Of a stretch of DNA of 64,000 nucleotides, positions 48,833 through 58,964 are shown in pieces; position 1 is the first letter of the stretch; every line of letters begins with the position of its first letter. Location of the stretch: positions 6,649-70,648 of the IMG/VR virus record IMGVR_UViG_3300014005_000001. One strand, given 5' to 3'. Position numbers and translations under genes: made by a program. The notes beneath the pieces are model-generated. The model made no database searches, was not told the DNA's origin, and saw nothing but the letters and a program-made list of their open reading frames with translations. Source of the DNA: a virus (Duplodnaviria; Caudoviricetes).

Positions 48833-49642
48833 TTATCGACTTTCTTCAATTTCGTAATAAATGTTTTCTGACTCTGGTAGACCTTCTACAGCAAAAGCTT
48901 GTAAACCTAATGGTAGTACACGTTTCTCCTTGCTGAATGTCTGTGTTTTTTCGTCACCACTAACTTTACATTTGCGGAATACAGCCATGTATAAACCGCC
49001 ATCTTTCTTTTGACTGATATTTGCAACCATAATTTCTGGAATGTTACTTACAGAACCATAACCAATTCTTTTAGTTCCAAGGCTTTTCACTGGATATACT
49101 TTAGTTGCTGTAGGCTGCGCTTGTGTAATTGGCTCTGTTAGATAAATAGAATTACCAGAGATTTTATTTATCTTTAAAACTTGACTACCAATCTTTAAAT
49201 ATCCGCCAGCTTTAAAATCAGCTCCAGGAGCAGCAGCAAACGTTACAATCGTGGCATTAATTGCTAATTCTCCAGTTGTATCAACTGATGTTCCTAATTC
49301 TGGAGGAGTCTCGATAATAGGACCACCAATTAAAGCTAACTGACGATTTTCAATTGTATTTTCTGCTAACTGTGTATTAAGAGCATGGGTCCAATTTGTA
49401 ATTTCCGTATCAACCGGACCTTTCAATTGATCCACTTCAAATTCTTCTGTCTCAAATCCACGAGAAATTTCAATTCCCTCTTTTGTTGCACCTAAGTCTT
49501 TCCAAGGTCCTTTCAGATCATAAGGCTCTGCTGTAGCCATAACATCCGCAATTTTTTCTGGAGGAGTAGTTCCAAAAGGAGCCCAAACTAAACGACCAGC
49601 GCCACCTACGATATTTTTTGCAGTAACTTTATATAAACTCAT
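48833..49642 (-). CDS. Major tail protein
   Basis: IVGGAGRL, WKDLGATKEGIEISR; synteny. Confidence 0.8.
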   Translation of the reverse strand: MSLYKVTAKNIVGGAGRLVWAPFGTTPPEKIADVMATAEPYDLKGPWKDLGATKEGIEISRGFETEEFEVDQLKGPVDTEITNWTHALNTQLAENTIENRQLALIGGPIIETPPELGTSVDTTGELAINATIVTFAAAPGADFKAGGYLKIGSQVLKINKISGNSIYLTEPITQAQPTATKVYPVKSLGTKRIGYGSVSNIPEIMVANISQKKDGGLYMAVFRKCKVSGDEKTQTFSKEKRVLPLGLQAFAVEGLPESENIYYEIEESR

Positions 49643-49902
49643 TATTTAGCCACCTCTCTAAAGTTCCAAGAAGGAGCAGCAAGTAATAATTCTGCTTCTT
49701 CTTTTGTAATTGTTTCATTTTTACCATTACCGATTTCTAATAGTTGCCCTGGCATGATATCTAAATCAGCACGCAATCTATAAAATAAAGCCCCGTTACC
49801 TTCGACGGGACCTTTACATAAAATCTGTTGTTTTGTTGTCTTTTTTTCGGTCAATTCATTCACCTCTATGCTTCCAAGTGCTCTAAGCGCATGTAGCACC
49901 AA
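49642..49902 (-). CDS. Hypothetical neck-region protein
   Basis: Track ORF in the operon; start uncertain. Confidence 0.5.
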   Translation of the reverse strand: MVLHALRALGSIEVNELTEKKTTKQQILCKGPVEGNGALFYRLRADLDIMPGQLLEIGNGKNETITKEEAELLLAAPSWNFREVAK

Positions 49903-50222
49903 CCTTGGAATTTATTTGTTTCTGCATCAAAAGAAGGAGTAGGATTACCCTCTTTTTCACACCATTCGACTTCCATCCCTGTAATGGACGCAGTATGACG
50001 TTCTAATATATTTGTAGCATTTATTAATACATTCATAGCTTCAATATCATCTTTTTCAGAGCGTGAGGTTACTTGTAATCTTGTAAAACCTCTACCTCCT
50101 GCTACCTTCACGCAAATTGACGGATATTCTGCTTTTAAAGGGAATGTATTCCCATAACATTTAACGCCAAAAATTTTAAAAAAACGCACAATATGAGGGA
50201 TTGGATCAACGTAATCAGTCAA
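49866..50222 (-). CDS. Tail terminator/completion protein
   Basis: Synteny. Confidence 0.55.
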   Translation of the reverse strand: MTDYVDPIPHIVRFFKIFGVKCYGNTFPLKAEYPSICVKVAGGRGFTRLQVTSRSEKDDIEAMNVLINATNILERHTASITGMEVEWCEKEGNPTPSFDAETNKFQGWCYMRLEHLEA

Positions 50223-50233
50223 ATATATCCCTC

Positions 50234-50662
50234 CTATTCTAAAATTAATCGAACCTGCGTTTCAGCTACCTGCTGCATACGCGGTTCTGCTCTATCTAAT
50301 GCTCTGGCCATAATGTTATATCTGTTTTCTAAATGAGAAGCGTAAGAAACATCTGAACCGATTTCTAGGTTTGTTTTAGCTTCACCCTCTGTCAACTCAT
50401 GAACAACATCTGCCTCAGTAGCATCACGCTCACCTTTACCGCTTTTATTGGTATAGGGAATGTTGGTTAAATAACCAATAGAGTTAATGTAAAGAGAAGT
50501 ATCGATGTGATTATCTTCTTGAGTTACTTCTTTTGCTTCATCTGCCCATACCATTCCAGCTGCTTCAACAGCTTTTTGGCGAGCTTCTTTTAACTTCCCT
50601 GGTATTTGTCTAGCGAATTGGCGCGCTTGCGGATCTAACCTTACATTGATGTTAATCCCCAT
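50234..50662 (-). CDS. HK97 gp10-like neck protein
   Basis: IDTSLYINSI and IGSDVSYASHLE. Confidence 0.7.
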   Translation of the reverse strand: MGININVRLDPQARQFARQIPGKLKEARQKAVEAAGMVWADEAKEVTQEDNHIDTSLYINSIGYLTNIPYTNKSGKGERDATEADVVHELTEGEAKTNLEIGSDVSYASHLENRYNIMARALDRAEPRMQQVAETQVRLILE

Positions 50663-51025
50663 TTAATCACTCTCCTTTTTTAACTCCACTTCATAATGAT
50701 GGAGTCTAATCTTGCTATATTCACGAGATAACTTTTTAACTCCATATACACCAGGTAGTAAGGCGCTGTTTTGTTTATCTCGTATATCCTTTATCTGCAT
50801 GGTCTCTTCAATTTCTTGCGAAGCAGCTAAATAAAGGATTGGTTGGATAATAATATCGACACCATTATCATTATTGGTCACTCGTTTTTCTATTTGATCA
50901 AAGCGACAATGGACATCTGGTATATCCTCCTGCCCGTATATATCTCGACCATAATCATCTTGGCCAATAATAACGTTATGTTTTACCAAAGTGCAGCGAT
51001 GGACTAGCAAACTTTCAAATCTCAT
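50663..51025 (-). CDS. Head closure protein
   Basis: LLVHRCTL...DDYGR...HHYEVEL. Confidence 0.6.
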   Translation of the reverse strand: MRFESLLVHRCTLVKHNVIIGQDDYGRDIYGQEDIPDVHCRFDQIEKRVTNNDNGVDIIIQPILYLAASQEIEETMQIKDIRDKQNSALLPGVYGVKKLSREYSKIRLHHYEVELKKESD

Positions 51026-51468
51026 CGTTTTACCCTCGATGGTCCAGATACACCAAAGAAATTGAATCCAGTAATAGTATTATTTGTCCGTAACGAGTCG
51101 AGAATTAAATCTAATTCTTTAATCCCTGTTCTATTTGCTCCGAATTTCATTTCATCTGCAGTATTCCCACCTAATGCATCGCGAAGTGTATAAGAGTAAT
51201 TCCCTATTTTCTCGCTAGATGCTGTGCTCAACTGCGCTTCTTTCGTTTCCGGATGATCTTGGTACCAAAGATACTCAACGAGCAATACGGTAGCAGTAAG
51301 AAGGTCTGAGAGTGTCTGTTTATTCGTCTCATTTTCGAATGTACGTTTCACTTCTCTATGAATCCATGAAGCAGCACGGTCTATATATAACTGTAGTTTT
51401 TCATTAGAAAGAGAAGAAACCTCTATAAAAGAGGTCCTTTCTTTCACATCTGCAGGAGAAGCATACAT
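51022..51468 (-). CDS. Head-tail connector (YqbG-like)
   Basis: YASPADVK and SEKIGNYSYT. Confidence 0.7.
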   Translation of the reverse strand: MYASPADVKERTSFIEVSSLSNEKLQLYIDRAASWIHREVKRTFENETNKQTLSDLLTATVLLVEYLWYQDHPETKEAQLSTASSEKIGNYSYTLRDALGGNTADEMKFGANRTGIKELDLILDSLRTNNTITGFNFFGVSGPSRVKR

Positions 51469-51469
51469 A

Positions 51470-51769
51470 TTACTTCACCTCAACGATAAAACCATTTTCA
51501 ATTCTATCTAATAACGTTTTTGATGGTGCTGCAGGTAGTTCTTTTTCTTGATCTCTAGCCAAAGTAAAAGACCCTTCCGCATAGCATTCTGCATACTGTG
51601 TGTTAGGGTCTTTCAATTTGTATTTGGTTGTCTCTGGAAGAACTTTCTCCTCTCGCAATTGTTTCTGTAAATCTTCTAATTGAGGAACTGTATAGTTATC
51701 ATCTAACTGTTTTGGATCCAAAGAAGGATTTTCTTTAACAATATCTGCGATTAAATCTTTTTTGGCCAT
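51470..51769 (-). CDS. Hypothetical head-module protein
   Basis: ORF after the capsid gene. Confidence 0.55.
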   Translation of the reverse strand: MAKKDLIADIVKENPSLDPKQLDDNYTVPQLEDLQKQLREEKVLPETTKYKLKDPNTQYAECYAEGSFTLARDQEKELPAAPSKTLLDRIENGFIVEVK

Positions 51770-51785
51770 ATCTTAGCCCTCCTTA

Positions 51786-52877
51786 TTAGCGAGCTTGGTC
51801 AAGCGTTAGAATCATACGTGCATTTGGATCGAATGGAATAAAATCAGAAGTGACAGTTGCATATGATCCGTCTACTTGTGTTTTAACACTTCGGTCGCTT
51901 TCGACAGAGAATGGTTTGTACTGATATTCAGCTAATGCGAATCTTGTATCCACAAGCATGATACGTCCATCTGGTACATCTTCTGAAATGAATGGTGTTG
52001 TATGTAATACATCTGGCATACTTCCATTTTTTAATTCATTTAAGAAGATTAAATTACCGTTTGCTTCTTTTTGAGTTGCCCATTGTTCTGCAGTCTTTAA
52101 ATTCATAACACTGCGATTGTAAGTGAATCCATATTTTTGATTTGCGTATTGTGTAGCATACCAAATATCTGAGATTTTCCAATCATTCGCAGTTTTCACA
52201 CCTAATGTTGGAGCAGAATCCGTCCCATCTTTAAAGTAACCGTTTAATAATCGGTGAATTGCCAGCTTCTCATCAGTACGCCCAATTTGCATACCGCGTT
52301 TACGTAGATGTAATGCGAGCATATCAATTTTCATTGACTTTGCTTCGTCAGTAATTTCAATTCCGTTACCACGTTTATATACATAGATTGTATGTTCTGT
52401 ATCTAGCTTAATTGCTACAACTGGAATTGGAGCACCTTGTCCAATGAAGCTTAAATCTAAATCATCGTTATCTTTATTCTCAAGCGTGTAGTATTGATAA
52501 GACATTTGATCCATAGGGATTACTTGGCCAACTAACTCAGAAGCACGACCAGCTGCAAGATATCCTTCACGGAAACCATCTTCTAATACTGCGTTAAATA
52601 GTGGTTTTGTATTGTCATTTTGATATAAAGCACGTACTTCTTGAGAGCCTATATCGTTAATTCCTAAGGCGCGAATGGCATCTTTTAAAGTAACACCTTG
52701 TGCATCAAGATATGAACGGAAAGTAGCAGAACTGTTTTTACTAATTAAATCTCCTGCTTGTCCTGCGATACGTCCATTTTTAGCAGAAGCCTCTGCAATT
52801 GCACTTGTTAATTCAGTACCGTTTGCTAGTTCAATCACTTCGCCACGACTGTTTTTAATTTTATGTTTAAATTTCAT
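51786..52877 (-). CDS. Major capsid protein (unit B)
   Basis: 363 aa; IGQGAPIP, KRGNGIEITDE; synteny. Confidence 0.85.
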   Translation of the reverse strand: MKFKHKIKNSRGEVIELANGTELTSAIAEASAKNGRIAGQAGDLISKNSSATFRSYLDAQGVTLKDAIRALGINDIGSQEVRALYQNDNTKPLFNAVLEDGFREGYLAAGRASELVGQVIPMDQMSYQYYTLENKDNDDLDLSFIGQGAPIPVVAIKLDTEHTIYVYKRGNGIEITDEAKSMKIDMLALHLRKRGMQIGRTDEKLAIHRLLNGYFKDGTDSAPTLGVKTANDWKISDIWYATQYANQKYGFTYNRSVMNLKTAEQWATQKEANGNLIFLNELKNGSMPDVLHTTPFISEDVPDGRIMLVDTRFALAEYQYKPFSVESDRSVKTQVDGSYATVTSDFIPFDPNARMILTLDQAR

Positions 52878-52892
52878 ATGTGACTTCCTCCT

Positions 52893-53282
52893 TTAAGGTA
52901 GTAAAACTTCTACTGTTTTTTTCGTACTGTTAACCAAGTAAACATAAGAGCCATTTGCAGCAGCTGCCTTTTTAACTCCACCATTACCATCAGCAACAAC
53001 TGAATCTCCAATAGCAATTGCTCCACTGTAGGGGAATTCTGCATTACGAGAATAACCATATACATGCACACCTAAAGGGGCATCTTTAGATTTAACCGTA
53101 TGCTTTGCTGCCATGACAATCGCATCATCAGCAGCTGCTTTCTTAGCGTGATATGGTCCTGTAGTAGCAAACTTTAAAGGTGTACCTGCTTTAACAGGAC
53201 TTTCTGAAGTTGCATCTTGTGCGAATACAGTGAGTGATAAACCATAACTATCCGGTACAATACCGCCTACTTTGTTAAACAT
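52893..53282 (-). CDS. Head decoration/cement protein
   Basis: Gly/Ala-rich 129 aa between the protease and the capsid gene. Confidence 0.65.
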   Translation of the reverse strand: MFNKVGGIVPDSYGLSLTVFAQDATSESPVKAGTPLKFATTGPYHAKKAAADDAIVMAAKHTVKSKDAPLGVHVYGYSRNAEFPYSGAIAIGDSVVADGNGGVKKAAAANGSYVYLVNSTKKTVEVLLP

Positions 53283-54514
53283 TACTTATTACCTCCTTCA
53301 TATCTTTCTGAAACAATTACATCGTCTTCCGGATCTGCTCCACCAGGTAGTGGGTCTCCATTTGTTTGACGACCACCATTGAATCGCTCTTTGGACATTG
53401 CTTCATAAGTATCAATTTCTTCTTTAACAAAATCTAAATCAGCAGCACGAACTAACATTTGACGATATTTTTCAGCATCGAATTTGTCACCTTGTGCTCT
53501 TGTACGTGCCTCAACAGCTTTATTTACCATATCAGCAGCATAAGTACGCCCTTGCTCTGCTTCTTCTTTTAGTTGTTTAACACCAGCTACGGAGGCATTA
53601 TCACCAAGCTCATTACGAATAGCAATATCATCTGGCTGACGGAAAGTTTCTCCTTCTTCACCAAGTAATTTATAAATTTCTCGTTTCTCGACTTTGTTTT
53701 CTCTAATAGCATCTGTAATCTGTTGTAATAATCCCACACTACGTTCCCCCTTTGAATTTTTAGACATAAAAAATGAACGCTTATTGTCATCCAAGCGAAC
53801 TTGGAACTGGCGCTCTAGTCTTTCGATATTTTGTTGTGATAGTTGCCCCTGCTGCACATATTCGCGCGCTTTATCAATATAGGCTCCTGGTGTCGAACCT
53901 TTGTATACAGTAGATACTTCTCGTAAATGAGCATCTACAATCCAGGAAAATGAAATTCGTTCGTGCTCATCTTCTAAACCAGGTATATGAGGACATTCCC
54001 AATCCCATAAATCACGGCCACATGATCCGCAGCGGTATGACATTTTATCTCCACCAAATCCAACTGACATATCTCTAATAATGCCACCTTGAATAGCTTT
54101 AATAGTGTCATTCGTATTCTCACCATTTAAGGTAAGTCCTCGCATAATGTACCAGTGTCCTCTTACTGCATTGAGACTATTTGCATCATCTGCAGCAGGG
54201 ACAAGAATGCCATCATAGCTACGTCCATATGGAACTAAAGAGATATCATGACCATTTAATAATGAAACACCTGTTTTTAAATCTTCTGCATAGTTTCGTA
54301 ATGTTGTAGTTGGGTCCATCCTTGTAAAATATGAATCTTGTCTATCATTTGAACAGTTACCACTAAATGTAAATATTTCTTCCATAGTAACCGGCTCAAT
54401 AGTCTGCCTATTAATAAGTTCTAAATCAACATCTTGGTTTTGCTCAAGGCTTAAACGAACAGGTAGATGTAAAACCTGTGCTGCTTCACTCATAAATCGT
54501 TCACCTCCTCTCAA
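53282..54514 (-). CDS. Prohead protease/scaffold
   Basis: LLNGHD, DMSVGF and EVSTV motifs plus a helical C-terminal scaffold. Confidence 0.75.
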   Translation of the reverse strand: MRGGERFMSEAAQVLHLPVRLSLEQNQDVDLELINRQTIEPVTMEEIFTFSGNCSNDRQDSYFTRMDPTTTLRNYAEDLKTGVSLLNGHDISLVPYGRSYDGILVPAADDANSLNAVRGHWYIMRGLTLNGENTNDTIKAIQGGIIRDMSVGFGGDKMSYRCGSCGRDLWDWECPHIPGLEDEHERISFSWIVDAHLREVSTVYKGSTPGAYIDKAREYVQQGQLSQQNIERLERQFQVRLDDNKRSFFMSKNSKGERSVGLLQQITDAIRENKVEKREIYKLLGEEGETFRQPDDIAIRNELGDNASVAGVKQLKEEAEQGRTYAADMVNKAVEARTRAQGDKFDAEKYRQMLVRAADLDFVKEEIDTYEAMSKERFNGGRQTNGDPLPGGADPEDDVIVSERYEGGNK

Positions 54515-54525
54515 ATAATGTAGAT

Positions 54526-54738
54526 TTAATTACGTGCAACTGCAGCATTAGCCCACATTACTGCAGTTTCTAAATTAGTTAAAGCCACTGATTTCTCACG
54601 AGAAGCAGGACATAACTCATCGATTAAGTATGCAAATTCCTTAGCCTTTTCTCGTAAAACCTCATATTTCTCTGGTTGTCCTTCTTCTGGAGGATGATAA
54701 CTAAATGTATTTTCAATTTGTTCATTTGTTTGTGGCAT
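54526..54738 (-). CDS. Acb2/Tad1-hairpin-like small protein
   Basis: FSYHPP...LCPASREKSVALTNLETAVMWANAAVARN; shares RExSxAxTxLExAxxW with the Tad1 ORF. Confidence 0.6.
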   Translation of the reverse strand: MPQTNEQIENTFSYHPPEEGQPEKYEVLREKAKEFAYLIDELCPASREKSVALTNLETAVMWANAAVARN

Positions 54739-54750
54739 TGTATAGCCCTC

Positions 54751-57024
54751 CTATTTTAATTTGTCTTCCTCACCTTGTAGAATACGTTTATACCAACAAC
54801 GACAACAAATCAGATTACTAGCAGTAGCTCCTTGAGAGTCATCTCCAGGGAACATTAGCTTCTCTAGACTACCTTGTCCATTTGCTACTTCAAACGGTTT
54901 GTCAAATGGTTGAATCTGCCCATTAGCATCATAATGACCAGGACGCGTTCTATCTGGTTGCCTTGCAGAACGCCATTCTTTTCCTATTACCATTCCACTT
55001 TGATCATCAGAGTGAAACTGCCCTGCACGAGAAGCGTTTATTACTTCTGTACGAGCTATTGTAGTTGCTCTGGTATCACTAAATTCAAAGGATTCCTGCA
55101 GCGCATCGGAAAACTTCTGGATTGTATAATTACCTTCTGCTGCCACATCCCAGAGAGTCATAATAACAGCTTCATCTGTTGTGCCTTGTATAAGTTCTGC
55201 ACTTTTATATGCACGATTTGCAAGCCATCGGAGCAGCTTCTCATCACGGAAGTTAAAATTAAGCTCTGGATCAATTTCAAATAAATTTTCTTCACCTGCT
55301 ACTAATCCGGCTTGCTCAGACCATTTATATGCTAACTCGTTCCATTCTTCTATTTCTTGAGTAGAATCACCGAGAATATGTTTACGAACCCATTCAATAA
55401 ACGCTTTAATTGGTTCTAGAATTCGTTCTTCTTTTGGCATACGCTGTATATCTACCAACATACGAGTTGGAACCTCTGGTGCTTCTTGTAACCTATCAAT
55501 ATATCTTTCTAACTGCTCTTGCAGTAAAGAATACATTTCCTCACGTGCTTTTGTTGTGATTTTTGCAATCTCAGAAGACCAAGGTAAATCAATTTCTTTT
55601 ACATACTCATCTTCCTCAGAATCAGCACGCATGTTAATTTCTTTTTTCATTTGCCGCCGCTTACCTCTTTCTACTGCAGGTGGAACAGAGGGAGCTTGCG
55701 GTTCTGCTACTGCATCATGGCCAACCATGTGCTGTGCTGCTTCGTTGTTATCAATCCAACCTGCAGCAACCTGAGCTTGTTTTGTTTCTGTTTCAATCTT
55801 CTCAGCATTTGCTTCTTTTTCGCGGTCATTAACCCGTATTGAATTAAAAGTAAGTCTAGCCTTAGATTGTTTGCCATGCACCTGCAGAGCTACGTTATAA
55901 GCACGCTCTAATAAACGCTTAATCCCACGCTGCATGTTTTCAATACCTGCTACATAGATTTGCCATTGAATAGTACCATGTGTCTCTGTAGTTCCCTCAT
56001 TTCTACCTAATAAAATAGGCAGTTGCTTCAATGCAGTAGTTACACGTTGGTTAATTACATCAATAACTTTAGTAACATCCATAGATTTACCTTGTATACC
56101 GCCTGTAATATTTACTTTCACGCTATCGGTATGATAGAAGTCATCATCCGGTTCCAGTTCACTCATCATTCGTTGCACTTCGGTTATATAACCAGTCACA
56201 TATTCCTGTACTGCTTTAGGATCACCTTGGATGTGTGGCGGTATATTTTTCATAATCGCTTCTTCTACAATTGTAATATCGAAACGCGCATGACCTTGAT
56301 GATGAACTACTTTTTGCAGGTCCCGTAAAACTTGTACCTGGAAAAAGATGATTTGTAATATCGGCAGGATAGGAGAGCGTCCATACGGATCATTTACGTC
56401 TGGATCGAGAGGGAAATAAAATACCTGCTCTTGATTCAAAACTTTGTATTCTCCATTGTCCTGCTTCTGTACAAGTTCTAACTCTTTTTCTTCTTTATTA
56501 AAACGAAAATCCAATGTAGAAGGATCAATTGCATGAAAATCAACTACATCGTCTATACCTTCCGTTAATTCTACTTCTAATGCAATTGCGCCTTGAGTAA
56601 TCGCAGTAAGGAATAGTACACCAATCAGCTGATCTGTACCGCCTCCATACATTTTTCCTACTCGTTTAGCAACATCATTAAGAATTTCTTGCGCTGCCTT
56701 ATCTGGTTTACCAGTGGGTTTTAGACATTCTAATTGATGGCCACTATTCCCTAATCTGATAAAGTTCCATATTGCCATACTTGCGTCCGGATCAATATCA
56801 CGTATCATACGAAGACTTTCCATAATGTCTTTCGTTCGGTACTCAGTACGACGTATAGGCCCGTTATACCACATAAATTGGCGTTCCCATTTGTTCTGCG
56901 TTTGTTTACCACCTTGTAATCCTTTTACAGAAGAGCGGACTGCTGCAGCAACATTTGCTCGTAACTCATTGTTCTTTCTGTTTTTCTTATTAGAAAACCA
57001 ATTCCGGATACCTATAGTAATCAC
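54751..57024 (-). CDS. Portal protein fused to a MuF/gp7-like head morphogenesis domain
   Basis: Follows terL; C-terminal ATTIARTEVINA...KEWRSA..RTRPGH...CRCW. Confidence 0.8.
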   Translation of the reverse strand: MITIGIRNWFSNKKNRKNNELRANVAAAVRSSVKGLQGGKQTQNKWERQFMWYNGPIRRTEYRTKDIMESLRMIRDIDPDASMAIWNFIRLGNSGHQLECLKPTGKPDKAAQEILNDVAKRVGKMYGGGTDQLIGVLFLTAITQGAIALEVELTEGIDDVVDFHAIDPSTLDFRFNKEEKELELVQKQDNGEYKVLNQEQVFYFPLDPDVNDPYGRSPILPILQIIFFQVQVLRDLQKVVHHQGHARFDITIVEEAIMKNIPPHIQGDPKAVQEYVTGYITEVQRMMSELEPDDDFYHTDSVKVNITGGIQGKSMDVTKVIDVINQRVTTALKQLPILLGRNEGTTETHGTIQWQIYVAGIENMQRGIKRLLERAYNVALQVHGKQSKARLTFNSIRVNDREKEANAEKIETETKQAQVAAGWIDNNEAAQHMVGHDAVAEPQAPSVPPAVERGKRRQMKKEINMRADSEEDEYVKEIDLPWSSEIAKITTKAREEMYSLLQEQLERYIDRLQEAPEVPTRMLVDIQRMPKEERILEPIKAFIEWVRKHILGDSTQEIEEWNELAYKWSEQAGLVAGEENLFEIDPELNFNFRDEKLLRWLANRAYKSAELIQGTTDEAVIMTLWDVAAEGNYTIQKFSDALQESFEFSDTRATTIARTEVINASRAGQFHSDDQSGMVIGKEWRSARQPDRTRPGHYDANGQIQPFDKPFEVANGQGSLEKLMFPGDDSQGATASNLICCRCWYKRILQGEEDKLK

Positions 57025-58439
57025 CCCCTCTTAATTCCAGCTATAATAGGAGAAACAACATAACTTGTTTCTTGTGGTGTATTCCATCTATTTAAAGCTT
57101 GTGATGTACCATCTACCTGGTCATCATTCTTACCATTTGGAAACACGATAAATTCTTCAATAAAATCATGAATCCAAGGAGCTATTGATGGATCTGGTAG
57201 ATACACATTACCTGCTTCAAATTGAGGCGCTGCTGCTTGTGCTCTTGCAATTTTTCCGCCCTCCGGATTAACCCCTATAATTCCTGGTATTTCTCTTTGG
57301 AGAGTTTGTATAACTGCAGAACCGTTTGCCTTATCTTCTATTAGCTTCACTCCTGCACGTGGCCACTTAGCAGTCAGAGCTCTTATTGCTCGTAATGTAG
57401 CAGGAAAGTCCATTCTGTCTCTTACTTGGTCTAATAAATACTTATCAGCACCTCGTTTACCCCATACTTGGCCAACAACAAAGTCACTTGATTCTGTATC
57501 TTTAAAAGTACAGTCCCAAGACTGCATTTGTTCGCTTATATCTGATGGTATTTCTGTATAAAACTTAACAAACCACGGACGTTTAAATATTGCGCCTTCC
57601 CCTGGGCTTGGTCTTTGTTGAAACAGAGAAGACCATGTACGAGTGCCTACCTCAATTTTCTTATTTTTTGCCCACTTTTCATCATATCCAAGCTCTGGGC
57701 ATAAAGGTTCTCCAATTTTACGTCCAAGTAAATCATCCTCATCTTCTGCAATAGCAGGTAAACGAAGTCTAATCCAATCGTGAGGACTTCTCTCTAATAA
57801 ACGACCAATAATATCATCTTCATGCCATCGCGTCATAATAACAATGACAGAAGCCCCTTTATGTAGACGTGTAGAAAGTGTAGACTCCCACTCATCCCAT
57901 ACGTTTTCACGAATAGTAGGAGAATTTGCCTCAGCTGCGTTTTTAAACGGGTCATCTATAATAAGTAAATCTGCACCTTGTCCAGTAATGGAACCGCCAA
58001 TACCTGTTGCAATCATTCCACCTTTATGATCCTGGAGTGACCAGTCATTCTTTGCAGCATTATCATCTGATAATCTGTATCCGAATAACTCATCACCAAA
58101 GTTGGCCACTTTTTGTTTATTCAAACGACCAAACTTTCTAGCTAAATTATCTGAATACGAAGCAACAATTACACGCTTCTCTGGATTTTTACCAATAAAA
58201 AAAGACGGGAATGATTCCGTCGTTGTCATTGACTTACCATGACGTGGTGGCATTTCAATCAGTACATATAACTGCTCACCATCTGCAATTCGCTGCAGCG
58301 TGTCACATATTAATCTGGTATGCCTAAAGTGTCGGTAATTACCAAAATGAACGTATTCCACATACTCAGCAAATGACCTTCTGGCAAGTTCTTTCTTAAC
58401 AGCATCAAGTGTCGGTAGTTTTTTTAAGGATGGTTTCAA
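57021..58439 (-). CDS. terL: Terminase large subunit (unit B)
   Basis: MPPRHGKS, LIIDDP, IMTRWHEDD, IEDKANG and NDDQVD. Confidence 0.93.
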   Translation of the reverse strand: MKPSLKKLPTLDAVKKELARRSFAEYVEYVHFGNYRHFRHTRLICDTLQRIADGEQLYVLIEMPPRHGKSMTTTESFPSFFIGKNPEKRVIVASYSDNLARKFGRLNKQKVANFGDELFGYRLSDDNAAKNDWSLQDHKGGMIATGIGGSITGQGADLLIIDDPFKNAAEANSPTIRENVWDEWESTLSTRLHKGASVIVIMTRWHEDDIIGRLLERSPHDWIRLRLPAIAEDEDDLLGRKIGEPLCPELGYDEKWAKNKKIEVGTRTWSSLFQQRPSPGEGAIFKRPWFVKFYTEIPSDISEQMQSWDCTFKDTESSDFVVGQVWGKRGADKYLLDQVRDRMDFPATLRAIRALTAKWPRAGVKLIEDKANGSAVIQTLQREIPGIIGVNPEGGKIARAQAAAPQFEAGNVYLPDPSIAPWIHDFIEEFIVFPNGKNDDQVDGTSQALNRWNTPQETSYVVSPIIAGIKRG

Positions 58440-58923
58440 CTTGCTTCAACTCCTCTACCGATAACTTGCTTAAATCTGTTGTTTGCTCTACTGTTTGCTT
58501 CATTTCACCGCTATGATCAAATTCTTTACGGTCACGCCATGTATCTTGTTTTCTATTCTTTAACCAAAAAATAATAGCAGTCGTATCTGGTGGTACTTGT
58601 TTTTTAATACGTTTTACTTCAACGTCTTGAAAAACATCCTCCTCAACTTCCTGCCGCATGGTAATAACTTCTTCATACGTGTATCCAAGTGCCTTTTTCA
58701 AAAGAGCATTTTCTACTTCACGATCTACAACCTCTTTACCTTTAGCTAATGCTCTTGTAATTAGTGGGTGTTTCTTTTTCCAGTTACTAAGTGTAGCACG
58801 ACTGATACCGATATTTTTTGCAATTTGTTCGTCTACAAGTCCATCACGTGCCCATCCTTCTATTTTTAGTAACCCTTCTTTTGTCAGCCATGCATGTACC
58901 TTGCCTTTGGCCACGATCACCAC
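58405..58923 (-). CDS. terS: Terminase small subunit (HTH type)
   Basis: IEGWARDGLVDEQIAKNIGISRATL and PPDTTAIIFWLKNR. Confidence 0.8.
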   Translation of the reverse strand: MVIVAKGKVHAWLTKEGLLKIEGWARDGLVDEQIAKNIGISRATLSNWKKKHPLITRALAKGKEVVDREVENALLKKALGYTYEEVITMRQEVEEDVFQDVEVKRIKKQVPPDTTAIIFWLKNRKQDTWRDRKEFDHSGEMKQTVEQTTDLSKLSVEELKQVETILKKTTDT

Positions 58924-58964
58924 CTCACGATAATCTCTTAATAAAATAAAAAGCAGCAGATTTG

